Shown here: piece after piece, positions 34,904 to 48,400 of the stretch
Numbering within the stretch: the first letter of the stretch is position 1
How the letters are laid out: each line of letters starts with the position of its first letter
Assembly (NCBI GenBank): GCA_964016885.1
Contig: OZ024744.1
Location: forward strand, 124,992,001-125,056,000
Direction of reading: 5' to 3'
Length of the DNA: 64,000 nucleotides
Source: Eledone cirrhosa
Taxonomy: Eukaryota
Notes under the pieces: model-generated
What the model saw: only the letters and a program-made list of their open reading frames with translations
Databases searched by the model: none
What the model was told of the DNA's origin: nothing
Translations under genes and position numbers: made by a program

Positions 34904-35480
34904 TTATATTTTCAATAATCAGTTTAAATGGGTTGCACCGTAGCCACTTGGTAATACACTGCAAATCTCCCGTCAATCTATGAAGGTTTTGTAGTAGATT
35001 AGATCAAAACACAATCAGCAAGACAGTAATGGAATGAATAATATAAACATTTGTTTATAATTAAAGCCTTAAGATGTCCCTCCCTCCCTCCCTTCCTCCC
35101 TTCCTTCCTTCCTTCCTTCCTTCCTTACGATATACACTTTAATAACATTGAAACTTATTTAATAAGTTTAAATTTTAAACACTTTTTATTCAGACGTACC
35201 GCGATAAGTAACTAGATATGTTCTAACGAATAATCCGCGATGTGGCGAGGATTACCGCGATAGGAAATTAGATACGTTCCAAAGAAATATCCGCGAAAAG
35301 TGAACCGCGATATAGCGGGTTCACCAGCCAGTGTATTACTGGTACTTTATTTTATCGACCCCCATAAGGATGAAAGGCAAAGTTAACTGTGCAATAACAA
35401 AGGGAGATAACCTCGTCTTTTTTTTTTTACGGAGTTATTTCCCTTTAAATTTTATCTATTACTTATGATGATACAATTTA

Positions 35481-35613
35481 ATCAGTTCTTAGCTGTCGAG
35501 ACACTGCATCCTTTAAAACCTCCATGGAACAAGCTACCTGCAACAGTTGTTAGCTGTCGAGACACTGCATCTTTTAAAACCTCCATGGAACAAACTACCT
35601 GCATCAGTTGTTA
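35481..35613 (+). repeat. ~61-bp tandem repeat (~2.2 copies) derived from the CR1 ORF2 3' end
   Basis: CATGGAACAA.CTACCTGC..CAGTTGTTAGCTGTCGAGACACTGCATC.TTTAA matches the reverse complement of 11946-12000. Confidence 0.8.
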
Positions 35614-35882
35614 GGGTCTGAGTTCAAATCACGCCGAGGAGGTTAACTTTGCCTTTCATCCTTACGGGGTCGGTCGGAAAACGAACCATTCCCGGTTCGC
35701 TTTCGAAGCGGGTTTCCGAAAACAGCGCTTCTCTCGACCGGGCCCGTCGTCCGCTCGGCGGTGGTTTTCATCGTCCCAGGCACGGCTAACAGGCGGAGAC
35801 GGGACAAACGCGCGTGTTCCTTTTTTTTATCAGCCGCAGCGCCGTTCGTATATATGCTTAGGTTGTTTTTTTTTTAAATATC

Positions 35883-36113
35883 CTAAGTTAAGTTGGGGCT
35901 AAGTTAAGTTGGGGCTAAGTTAAGTTGAGGTTAAGTTGAGTTGGGGTTAAGTTAAGTGGGGGTTAAGTTAAGCTGGGGTTAAGTTAAGTTGAGGTTAAGT
36001 TAAGTTGGGGTTAAGTCAAGTTGGGGTTAAGTTAAGTTGGGGTTAAGTTAGGTTGGGGTTAAGTTAGGTTGGGGTTAAGTTAAGTTGGGGTTAAGTTAGG
36101 TTGCGGTTAAGTT
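35883..36113 (+). repeat. 16-bp G-rich telomere-like repeat (GGGGTTAAGTTAAGTT)n, ~14 copies
   Basis: Directly visible; includes GTTAGG variants. Confidence 0.92.
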
Positions 36114-36115
36114 AC

Positions 36116-39100
36116 ATTCGCCGCCGGACTTCAGCTTCCTCATTTAGCATGGGCAGTTTTTCGTGAAAATCACACCACACACAGCAAATGTGTGTCCGCA
36201 CATGTACCAGTAATTACAGATCGATTCCGGTGAAAATTCACTGAAAACGGGCCATCCGGCCCTGTGCGTCGATCGTGGGCCGGCCGGATGTTGACGGATC
36301 GATGTGTAATTAGAAGTACATGTGCGGACACTCATTGGCTGTGCGTGGTATGCATTTCAGCAAGATATCTCCGTAACATCAAGAGTTATGGCTGTGGAGG
36401 CACACCTAGTCAAACGTAAACAAGGTCTGGAGCGTTTACGCTTCGCGATTTTGTTTACGTTTGACTAGGTGTGCCTCCACAGCCACAACTCTTGATGTTA
36501 CGGAGATATCTTGCTGAAATGCATACCGCGCACAGCCAATGAGTGTCCGCACATGTACTTCTAATTACACATCGATCCGTCAACATCCGGCCGGCCCACG
36601 ATCGACGCACAGGGCCGGATGGCCCGTTTTCAGTGAATTTTCACCGGAATCGATCTGTAATTACTGGTACATGTGCGGAGACACATTTGCTGTGTGTGGT
36701 GTGATTTTCAAGAAAAACTGCCCATGCTAAATGAGGAAGCTGAAGTCCGCCGGCGAATGGTGTGCTTCGAAGAAAACTAATTCGAAAATGACCGTTTGCA
36801 GGCGGAGTAACCTTTTCGATCGTGGGCCAGCCGCCCGTGGTGGGATCCATCTGTAATTACTGGTACATGTGCGGACATACATTTGCTGTGTGTGGTGTGA
36901 TTTTCAAGAAGAACTGCCCATGCTAAATGAGGAAGCTGAAGTCCGCCGGCGAATGGTGTGCTTCGAAGAAAACTAATTCGAAAATGACCGTTTGCAGGCG
37001 GGGTAACCTTTTCGATCGTGGGCCAGCCGCCCGTGGTGGGATCCATCTGTAATTACTGGTACATGTGCGGACACACATTTGCTGTGTGTGGTGTGATTTT
37101 CGAGAAAGACTGCCCATGCTAAATGAGGAAGCTGAAGTCCGCCGGCGAATGGTGTGCTTCGAAGAAAACTAATTCGAAAATGACTATTTGCCGGCGGAAT
37201 CACCTTTTCGGTCCTGGTCCGGCCGGATCTTGCCGGATCGATCGGAAATTTGTGGACCATGTTCGGAAGGCCATTGTGCATGTGTGGTGAAAAAAATTTG
37301 TGTCGAAATCTTCTCGGAAAATAACGGATCGCCGGCGGAGATTGCCATTTCGATCGTGGGCCGGCCGGATCTTGTCGGATCGATTCGGACATATGTGCAT
37401 CGTGTTCGCAAGGCCCTTGTCTATGTGTGGTGTGATTTTCATAAAGAAATTCCGAAAAACCCAGTTTTAAATCTGATTTCGCCAAAGAATTTTGGCTATC
37501 AGATCGGGTTGAAAGGTATGGTTTCAGGTCGATCTGAAAGTCTAAAATGGAATTCACTCGGTTAGCTAACTTTTGATATATCGGAGATATCTTTCTGAAA
37601 ATCACACCACACACTCCCAATGAGTGTCTGCAAATGTACCAGTAATTACAGATGGATCCCACCACGGGCGGCCGGCCCACGATCGAAAAGGTTACTCCGA
37701 AGCACACCATTCGCCGGCGGAATTCATTTACCATGGGCAGTTTTTCTCGAAAATCACACCACACACAGCCAATGAGTGTCCGCACATGTACCAGTAATTA
37801 CAGATGGATCCCACCACGGGCGGCTGGCCCACGATCGAAAAGGTTACTCCGCCTGCAAACGGTCATTTCGAATTCGTTTTCTTCGAAGCACACGATTCGC
37901 CGGCGGACTTCAGCTGCCTCATTTAGCATGGGCAGTTTTTCTCGAAAATCACACCACACACAGCAAATGTGTGTCCGCACATGTACCAGTAATTACAGAT
38001 CGATTCCGGTGAAAATTCACTGAAAACGGGCCATTCGGCCCTGTGCGTCGATCGTGGGCCGGCCGGATGTTGACGGATCGATGTGTAATTAGAAGTACAT
38101 GTGCGAACACTCATTGGCTGTGCGTGGTATGCATTTCAGCAAGATATCTCCGTAACATCAAGAGTTATGGCTGTGGAGGCACACCTAGTCAAACGTAAAC
38201 AAGCTCTGGAGCGTATACGCTTCGCGATTTTGTTTACGTTTGACTAGGTGTGCCTCCACAGCCACAACTCTTGATGTTACGGAGATATCTTGCTGAAATG
38301 CATACCACGCACAGCCAATGAGTGTCCGCACATGTACTTCTAATTACACATCGATCCGTCAACATCCGGCCGGCCCACGATCGACGCACAGGGCCGGATG
38401 GCCCGTTTGCAGTGAATTTTCACCGGAATCGATCTGTAATTACTGGTACATGTGCGGACACACATTTGCTGTGTGTGGTGTGATTTTCACGAAAAACTGC
38501 CCATGCTAAATGAGGAAGCTGAAGTCCGCCGGCGAATGGTGTCCTTCGAAGAAAACTAATTCGAAAATGACCGTTTGCAGGCGGAGTAACCTTTTCGATC
38601 GTGGGCCAGCCGCCCGTGGTGGGATACATCTGTAATTACTGGTACATGTGCGGACACACATTTGCTGTGTGTGGTGTGATTTTCGAGAAAGACTGCCCAT
38701 GCTAAATGAGGAAGCTGAAGTCCGCCGGCGAATGGTGTGCTTCGAAGAAAACTAATTCGAAAATGACTATTTGCCGGCGGAATCACCTTTTCGGTCCTGG
38801 TCCGGCCGGATCTTGCCGGATCGATCGGAAATTTGTGGACCATGTTCGGAAGGCCATTGTGCATGTGTGGTGAAAAAAATTTGTGTCGAAATCTTCTCGG
38901 AAAATAACGGATCGCCGGCGGAGATTGCCATTTCGATCGTGGGCCGGCCGGATCTTGTCGGATCGATTCGGACATATGTGCATCGTGTTCGCAAGGCCCT
39001 TGTCTATGTGTGGTGTGATTTTCATAAAGAAATTCCGAAAAACCCAGTTTTAAATCTGATTTCGCCAAAGAATTTTGGCTATCAGATCGGGTTGAAAGGT

Positions 39101-41525
39101 ATGGTTTCAGGTCGATCTGAAAGTCTAAAATGGAATTCACTCGGTTAGCTAACTTTTGATATATCGGAGATATCTTTCTGAAAATCACACCACACACTCC
39201 CAATGAGTGTCTGCACATGTACCAGTAATTACAGATGGATCCCACCACGGGCGGCCGGCCCACGATCGAAAAGGTTACTCCGAAGCACACCATTCGCCGG
39301 CGGAATTCATTTACCATGGGCAGTTTTTCTCGAAAATCACACCACACACAGCCAATGAGTGTCCGCACATGTACCAGTAATTACAGATGGATCCCACCAC
39401 GGGCGGCTGGCCCACGATCGAAAAGGTTACTCCGCCTGCAAACGGTCATTTTCGAATTCGTTTTCTTCGAAGCACACGATTCGCCGGCGGACTTCAGCTG
39501 CCTCATTTAGCATGGGCAGTTTTTCTCGAAAATCACACCACACACAGCAAATGTGTGTCCGCACATGTACCAGTAATTACAGATCGATTCCGGTGAAAAT
39601 TCACTGAAAACGGGCCATTCGGCCCTGTGCGTCGATCGTGGGCCGGCCGGATGTTGACGGATCGATGTGTAATTAGAAGTACATGTGCGGACACTCATTG
39701 GCTGTGCGTGGTATGCATTTCAGCAAGATATCTCCGTAACATCAAGAGTTATGGCTGTGGAGGCACACCTAGTCAAACGTAAACAAGCTCTGGAGCGTAT
39801 ACGCTTCGCGATTTTGTTTACGTTTGACTAGGTGTGCCTCCACAGCCACAACTCTTGATGTTACGGAGATATCTTGCTGAAATGCATACCACGCACAGCC
39901 AATGAGTGTCCGCACATGTACTTCTAATTACACATCGATCCGTCAACATCCGGCCGGCCCACGATCGACGCACAGGGCCGGATGGCCCGTTTTCAGTGAA
40001 TTTTCACCGGAATCGATCTGTAATTACTGGTACATGTGCGGACACACATTTGCTGTGTGTGGTGTGATTTTCACGAAAAACTGCCCATGCTAAATGAGGA
40101 AGCTGAAGTCCGCCGGCGAATGGTGTGCTTCGAAGAAAACTAATTCGAAAATGACCGTTTGCAGGCGGAGTAACCTTTTCGATCGTGGGCCAGCCGCCCG
40201 TGGTGGGATACATCTGTAATTACTGGTACATGTGCGGACACACATTTGCTGTGTGTGGTGTGATTTTCGAGAAAGACTGCCCATGCTAAATGAGGAAGCT
40301 GAAGTCCGCCGGCGAATGGTGTGCTTCGAAGAAAACTAATTCGAAAATGACTATTTGCCGGCGGAATCACCTTTTCGGTCCTGGTCCGGCCGGATGTTGC
40401 CGGATCGATCGGAAATTTGTGGACCATGTTCGGAAGGCCATTGTGCATGTGTGGTGAAAAAAATTTGTGTCGAAATCTTCTCGGAAAATAACGGATCGCC
40501 GGCGGAGATTGCCATTTCGATCGTGGGCCGGCCGGATCTTGTCGGATCGATTCGGACATATGTGCATCGTGTTCGCAAGGCCCTTGTCTATGTGTGGTGT
40601 GATTTTCATAAAGAAATTCCGAAAAACCCAGTTTTAAATCTGATTTCGCCAAAGAATTTTGGCTATCAGATCGGGTTGAAAGGTATGGTTTCAGGTCGAT
40701 CTGAAAGTCTAAAATGGAATTCACTCGGTTAGCTAACTTTTGATATATCGGAGATATCTTTCTGAAAATCACACCACACACTCCCAATGAGTGTCTGCAC
40801 ATGTACCAGTAATTACAGATGGATCCCACCACGGGCGGCCGGCCCACGATCGAAAAGGTTACTCCGAAGCACACCATTCGCCGGCGGAATTCATTTAGCA
40901 TGGGCAGTTTTTCTCGAAAATCACACCACACACAGCCAATGAGTGTCCGCACATGTACCAGTAATTACAGATGGATCCCACCACGGGCGGCTGGCCCACG
41001 ATCGAAAAGGTTACTCCGCCTGCAAACGGTCATTTTCGAATTCGTTTTCTTCGAAGCACACGATTCGCCGGCGGACTTCAGCTGCCTCATTTAGCATGGG
41101 CAGTTTTTCTCGAAAATCACACCACACACAGCAAATGTGTGTCCGCACATGTACCAGTAATTACAGATCGATTCCGGTGAAAATTCACTGAAAACGGGCC
41201 ATTCGGCCCTGTGCGTCGATCGTGGGCCGGCCGGATGTTGACGGATCGATGTGTAATTAGAAGTACATGTGCGGACACTCATTGGCTGTGCGTGGTATGC
41301 ATTTCAGCAAGATATCTCCGTAACATCAAGAGTTATGGCTGTGGAGGCACACCTAGTCAAACGTAAACAAGGTCTGGAGCGTTTACGCTTCGCGATTTTG
41401 TTTACGTTTGACTAGGTGTGCCTCCACAGCGACAACTCTTGATGTTACGGAGATATCTTGCTGAAATTCATACCACGCACAGCCAATGAGTGTCCGCACA
41501 TGTACCTGTAATTACACATCGATCC
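36116..41525. repeat. Second array of the palindromic 1.58-kb satellite
   Basis: Offset 36551 from the first array. Inversion-centre loops start at 36424, 38203, 39787 and 41371. Confidence 0.95.
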
Positions 41526-41604
41526 GACGACGGACAGAGTATTCGGTTTATTTTCTTGACATATTTCTTTACATATTGTCCAGGCATGCACTTTTTCCAT
41601 GATT

Positions 41605-41668
41605 AGTTCTGTTGACGGCCCGCTTTCCAAAATACCTTATCCTGTGCAACGCCGGGTACCACTGCTAG
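41605..41668 (+). mobile_element. Helitron 3' terminus
   Basis: TATCCTGTGCAACGCCGGGTA hairpin followed by CCACTG-CTAG|T; same family as the reverse complement of 44737-44790. Confidence 0.7.
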
Positions 41669-41887
41669 TATATATATGTGTATGTATATATATATATATA
41701 TATTGGTAAACGGAATAGAAAATTGTGACAAATTGTTCACAGTGAAAAATAGTTTAATTAGGAATAAGTGATAATTAGTAATAGTATTGGTTAGTATTAA
41801 GTTTTGGTTTTAAGTTTTACCGGTTGCGCATTTCTAATGCTTTTCAAAAATAATTTTGAGATAGAGCGTCCGTGATGTTTGCTCTGA

Positions 41888-41933
<46 letters not shown>

Positions 41934-42084
41934 AACAGTAGAAAGGAAAAAGATTTTTTCAGTAGAAATTGCTGAAGAGATTCTTTCAGTGTAATTTCAA
42001 AACATTAATTTATTTATAAAGTGGATATTTCCACATTTAATAATGGCACTGGGTTCAGCATTATATACATTGTCAATTGTGGAT

Positions 42085-42415
42085 TCTACTTTTGGCACAA
42101 GGGCTGCAATTATCCAGTACATTACTGGTACTTTATTATTTATACAAATAATAATTGTTTCTACTTTTGGCACAAGGGCAGCAATTACCCAGTACATTAC
42201 TGGTACTTTATTATTTATACAAATAATAATTGTTTCTACTTTAGGCACAAGGTCAGCAATTACCCAGTACATTACTGGTACTTTATTATTTATACAAATA
42301 ATAATTGTTTCTACTTTAGGCACAAGGTCAGCAATTACCCCAGTACTTTATTTTATCGACCCCGTAAGGATGAAAGAAAAGTTAACCTCAACGGGATTTG
42401 AACTCAGTCTGTAAA
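42085..42415 (-). repeat. 75-bp tandem repeat (~3.4 copies) derived from a SINE 3' region, joined to a SINE body
   Basis: CTACTTT.GGCACAAGG..GCAATTA.CCAGTACATTACTGGTACTTTATT recurs at 75-bp spacing. Confidence 0.8.
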
Positions 42416-42432
42416 GGGAGGTAACTGCTGGA

Positions 42433-45400
42433 TTAATTTGGTTAATTAAGTTAACAGAAATTATGAACCGGTTTCTACAGAGCCTTCTGGACATTTAACC
42501 CTTTAGCATTTAAACCAGCCATACCTAGCCAGAATACTCTCACATCTTTCTGTTCAAACCAGCCATAACTGGCCACTCATACTGACGTTAAGGTATTGTT
42601 CTCAATATAAATAATATCAAAATCTCATAGATTCGATATTATATGAGATAATTATGTAAGATAAAGCCTTTACCACAAAAATACAATAGTATATATAGAG
42701 TAATAAAAATGCTAAAGGGTAAAAGTAGCTTATTATTTTGTGAGCTCTTGCTACTTATTGCTCTTGTGCATCAAGAACATACACAGCTTACATTTTGTTG
42801 CTAATCTCACTGAGATCCAACTACATCTCTTGTTTATCCATAGTTTGGAATTTCTACCTACTCCTTTCCTTTAGAATGATCAAGGCCATTTTCTTGTGGG
42901 GATCTAGGCCCTGTTTTCCTTTCTATTTTGCCAAGTTATCTTACATCACTTTCATTCTAGACCATGCTTCCAGGTTTGGAATTTCTCCTCTAATTTTACC
43001 ACAGATTAAGTGACAAGGGTTCAATCATGTGCATACAGGAGTTCCCATGGACAGCCAGTAATATGTAATAGCCTGCAGGATGATAATAAACAGAAGAGGG
43101 TTAATTACAGAGCCCTGATAGAGGGTTAATAACAGAGCCCTGATAGACTTGTTCACTCAACTCCTCACTATAGCCATCATTACTTTTAACCTTACTGACT
43201 GCTCCTCCATACATGGCTTTTACTGCTCTCACAAGCCACTCATATACCCCTAGTTTTCTAAGTTATACACCAGATTAGGGAAGGGGGAAGTCTCACAGAA
43301 GCTCTCTCTGGGTCAACAAATGCCAAGTAGAGGGGCTTATTTTAGCTAGGTACTACTCTTGCAGTTGCCACACAAGGAAGAGGACATCAGTGGTACTTTT
43401 ACCTGGCACAAATCCAAACTTCATCTCATCTAGGTTAACTTGGTCCCTAATCAGCTGTGTTATAAATCTAACACCTTCATGAAGTGGTCCATCTAATATC
43501 TCTATAGTTTTCTAGCTCTAGTACATCTCCTTTGCCCTTGTAGCAGTTGATGATGATGATACTACACCATTTATTTGGTATGACACCATTTTGTATTACA
43601 TGCTGTACGATACCAGTGGTTAAGATGTGACCCACCATCCCAGATACTTTCAGTATCTCAGCAACTATCACCAATGGACAAGATACTTTCTCTGTCTTCA
43701 TATCCTTAATTACCTTACTGCTTACTTGTATGGCTGGACCCTCTGTTGGGCCCACTTTCCGTAGACTATCTTCCTCCCATGCATTCTCCTCATTCAGTAA
43801 TCTTTCATAAAGGCATTTCCATGTTACAAAGGTTGGCTGAAAAGTTCATAGACTATCAATGATAGCATGATGCTAGAGCTGTGAAATCTTGCCTGCATTA
43901 ATTTCAACTCTTCTTATTAATAACTGCATTGTTTCCTTCCAGGGACTATGTTGAAAAATAAACCTCATTTGGTCATTCCATGAGTGTATCTTGGTCTGCC
44001 TATGAACTTTTCAGCTGACCCTATTCAGCATCAGTGAGCCCAAATGCCCCATTATCATCCTGGACACACTTTACCCCAACATCACAATTTGCCCTCACAC
44101 ACTGCCTCACAATCCTGAACATCTCATGTATTTCATCCTCACATCATAAAACCAACTGAAATTATATATTCTCTGCTTCCCTCCTTGCAAAGAATACTTC
44201 TTGCCTAGCTTCCTGTAGTGTACCCTCCAGCTGCCTCCATTCTGCCATTATTCCATGCCTGTCTCTTGGCCTTAACTGTCTCATCTACCCTAGTGTTTCA
44301 CCACCAAGATACTCTCCTCTCTGAAGCCCTGCTCCAGCCACAGATCTAGTTTGACACCTTCAGCAAAGGTTCTTTAAGGAACTCCCACTGTTCCCCTATA
44401 TTGTATGTTTCTATTTGTTCTTCCTTACTGTTGTAAAGATCAAACAAAATATCTCTAAATTTGGAACTGGCTGAGGGGTCCTTTAACTTCCATATCCTTC
44501 TCCTCCAAGTTGCCCTCAGTCTTCAAGTTCATCTAAGTCTATGAAATCACTAACTACTGGGTTATGTTGGGAGGTGCATTCTTCCCCAGGGGGTGGGGAT
44601 TGTGTGTTTACAAATGTCAATATCTCATCTTCTGGTGTGGATAAAAATCTGACTGGCATGCTCCTCTGACCAATAGGTGTTGAAGTGGTTGTCGGGTAAA
44701 CGTTAAGACCCTCTGATATACATATATATATATATACTAGCAGTGGTACCCGGCGTTGCACGGGATAACGTATTTCGGAACGCGGGCCGCCATCTTCCAC
44801 TTCAGCCGGTCGCCCTAAAGTGTTGGCTATTCAGTCTACTTGAGGCCAGTTGGTGAGGGGGGGTAAAGCTTTCAGTGTGCTACTACCCTCACGGTCAAAT
44901 AGAAAGGGAGAGGAAGAAAAGTCAGCGTTAATATCGTGCTACACGTTTGAAAGGTTGGATGACCTTAGAGTTCACCAGGGTGGGGGGTTCTAAAAGTATC
45001 TATCTTGGTATTTTATCTTAGAAGTAATCATTACAGAGTGTACTGGGTGTATTTTAGTGGGCAGTAATTCCATAAAGAACACAGTATAATCTGTGGACAC
45101 AAGCCTTGCAGTGTGATTACAGGCAGGTTAATGGGAAAGATAGATTATATATGTGACATGATGTACATGAGAAGTGAGGACACAGACCACACATGAAATA
45201 GATTCCTACAACTGTCAGGGAGGCTCCCTAGAATTACAGATGACATATTTCAATATCTCGGTGATCAAGTTAGCAGTGGAGGAAGAATCTCTAAAAGTGT
45301 AATACCCAGGATAAGGACAGGCTGGAAGAAGTTTAGAGTACTGTTCCATCTGTTGACAACAAAGGGCTTCTCTCTCAGAATGGAGGCTAGACTGCTTGAT

Positions 45401-48400
45401 ACTTATGTGTGGTCTGCAATCTACACCCCAGCCATGCCCCTTCCACTACCACTCCTTAGCTATTTCTCTCCATTAATACTCCTCACATTTCAAGCAGTTT
45501 TCTCATCTCAATGAAAGAAAAATATTGGGCTCAAGAGAAGTCTTCAGTTATGCCATGGTGTGGCAACCTCCCTAGGGTTGGGCAGAGTGTAAATGAGAGT
45601 GAAATTAGGTATGAGAGGGATCAGATGCAGTATACAAGAGAGTAGATTACATTGGTATGGTCATGTGATGGGTATAAAGGATGACAGCTGTATAAAAATG
45701 TGCTGGGCAATCAAAGTTGATGGAAGTTATGAAGGCGGAAGACCTAGGATGACCTGGGATGAGGTGATAAAAGATGACTTTGCACAATTGCAACTCTCAA
45801 AGACAATGACACAGGATAGAGATCTTATTTATGTTTATTTACGTTTAGCGTAATCGATTTGTTTTCGATTTGTTTCCATATCACCACGCGTTTTATTTCA
45901 TAGTCATAGTTATCAAGTTAGAAAACAAATGAAGTTCAGGGGGCCGACACTACCGACTTTCTTAAAGAAAAACAATTTAACGCGGGTAACTACAAGATAG
46001 GCATCAGTAGTAGTAGCTCCCTAAACTGTTTCCATCCCATTCTCACTCAGGCTACTGTACCTTCAGAACACCCACCTCCACTGTTAATTTGGTTAATTAA
46101 GTTAACAGAAATTATGAACCGGTTTCTACAGAGCCTTCTGGACATTTAACCCTTTAGCATTTAAACCAGCCATACCTAGCCAGAATACTCTCACATCTTT
46201 CTGTTCAAACCAGCCATAACTGGCCACTCATACTGACGTTAAGGTATTGTTCTCAATATAAATAATATCAAAATCTCATAGATTCGATATTATATGAGAT
46301 AATTATGTAAGATAAAGCCTTTACCACAAAAATACAATAGTATATATAGAGTAATAAAAATGCTAAAGGGTAAAAGTAGCTTATTATTTTGTGAGCTCTT
46401 GCTACTTATTGCTCTTGTGCATCAAGAACATACACAGCTTACATTTTGTTGCTAATCTCACTGAGATCCAACTACATCTCTTGTTTATCCATAGTTTGGA
46501 ATTTCTACCTACTCCTTTCCTTTAGAATGATCAAGGCCATTTTCTTGTGGGGATCTAGGCCCTGTTTTCCTTTCTATTTTGCCAAGTTATCTTACATCAC
46601 TTTCATTCTAGACCATGCTTCCAGGTTTGGAATTTCTCCTCTAATTTTACCACAGATTAAGTGACAAGGGTTCAATCATGTGCATACAGGAGTTCCCATG
46701 GACAGCCAGTAATATGTAATAGCCTGCAGGATGATAATAAACAGAAGAGGGTTAATTACAGAGCCCTGATAGAGGGTTAATAACAGAGCCCTGATAGACT
46801 TGTTCACTCAACTCCTCACTATAGCCATCATTACTTTTAACCTTACTGACTGCTCCTCCATACATGGCTTTTACTGCTCTCACAAGCCACTCATATACCC
46901 CTAGTTTTCTAAGTTATACACCAGATTAGGGAAGGGGGAAGTCTCACAGAAGCTCTCTCTGGGTCAACAAATGCCAAGTAGAGGGGCTTATTTTAGCTAG
47001 GTACTACTCTTGCAGTTGCCACACAAGGAAGAGGACATCAGTGGTACTTTTACCTGGCACAAATCCAAACTTCATCTCATCTAGGTTAACTTGGTCCCTA
47101 ATCAGCTGTGTTATAAATCTAACACCTTCATGAAGTGGTCCATCTAATATCTCTATAGTTTTCTAGCTCTAGTACATCTCCTTTGCCCTTGTAGCAGTTG
47201 ATGATGATGATACTACACCATTTATTTGGTATGACACCATTTTGTATTACATGCTGTACGATACCAGTGGTTAAGATGTGACCCACCATCCCAGATACTT
47301 TCAGTATCTCAGCAACTATCACCAATGGACAAGATACTTTCTCTGTCTTCATATCCTTAATTACCTTACTTCATATCCTTAATTACCTTACTGCTTACTT
47401 GTATGGCTGGACCCTCTGTTGGGCCCACTTTCCGTAGACTATCTTCCTCCCATGCATTCTCCTCATTCAGTAATCTTTCATAAAGGCATTTCCATGTTAC
47501 AAAGGTTGGCTGAAAAGTTCATAGACTATCAATGATAGCATGATGCTAGAGCTGTGAAATCTTGCCTGCATTAATTTCAACTCTTCTTATTAATAACTGC
47601 ATTGTTTCCTTCCAGGGACTATGTTGAAAAATAAACCTCATTTGGTCATTCCATGAGTGTATCTTGGTCTGCCTATGAACTTTTCAGCTGACCCTATTCA
47701 GCATCAGTGAGCCCAAATGCCCCATTATCATCCTGGACACACTTTACCCCAACATCACAATTTGCCCTCACACACTGCCTCACAATCCTGAACATCTCAT
47801 GTATTTCATCCTCACATCATAAAACCAACTGAAATTATATATTCTCTGCTTCCCTCCTTGCAAAGAATACTTCTTGCCTAGCTTCCTGTAGTGTACCCTC
47901 CAGCTGCCTCCATTCTGCCATTATTCCATGCCTGTCTCTTGGCCTTAACTGTCTCATCTACCCTAGTGTTTCACCACCAAGATACTCTCCTCTCTGAAGC
48001 CCTGCTCCAGCCACAGATCTAGTTTGACACCTTCAGCAAAGGTTCTTTAAGGAACTCCCACTGTTCCCCTATATTGTATGTTTCTATTTGTTCTTCCTTA
48101 CTGTTGTAAAGATCAAACAAAATATCTCTAAATTTGGAACTGGCTGAGGGGTCCTTTAACTTCCATATCCTTCTCCTCCAAGTTGCCCTCAGTCTTCAAG
48201 TTCATCTAAGTCTATGAAATCACTAACTACTGGGTTATGTTGGGAGGTGCATTCTTCCCCAGGGGGTGGGGATTGTGTGTTTACAAATGTCAATATCTCA
48301 TCTTCTGGTGAGGATAAAAATCTGACTGGCATGCTCCTCTGACCAATAGGTGTTGAAGTGGTTGTCGGGTAAACGTTAAGACCCTCTGATATACATATAT

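Noticed and set aside
35195-35330. CCGCGA-rich segment ending in a GTGAACC..GGTTCAC hairpin, possibly a pogo/Tigger-type MITE end
   Set aside because: No matching second terminus or target duplication was found.
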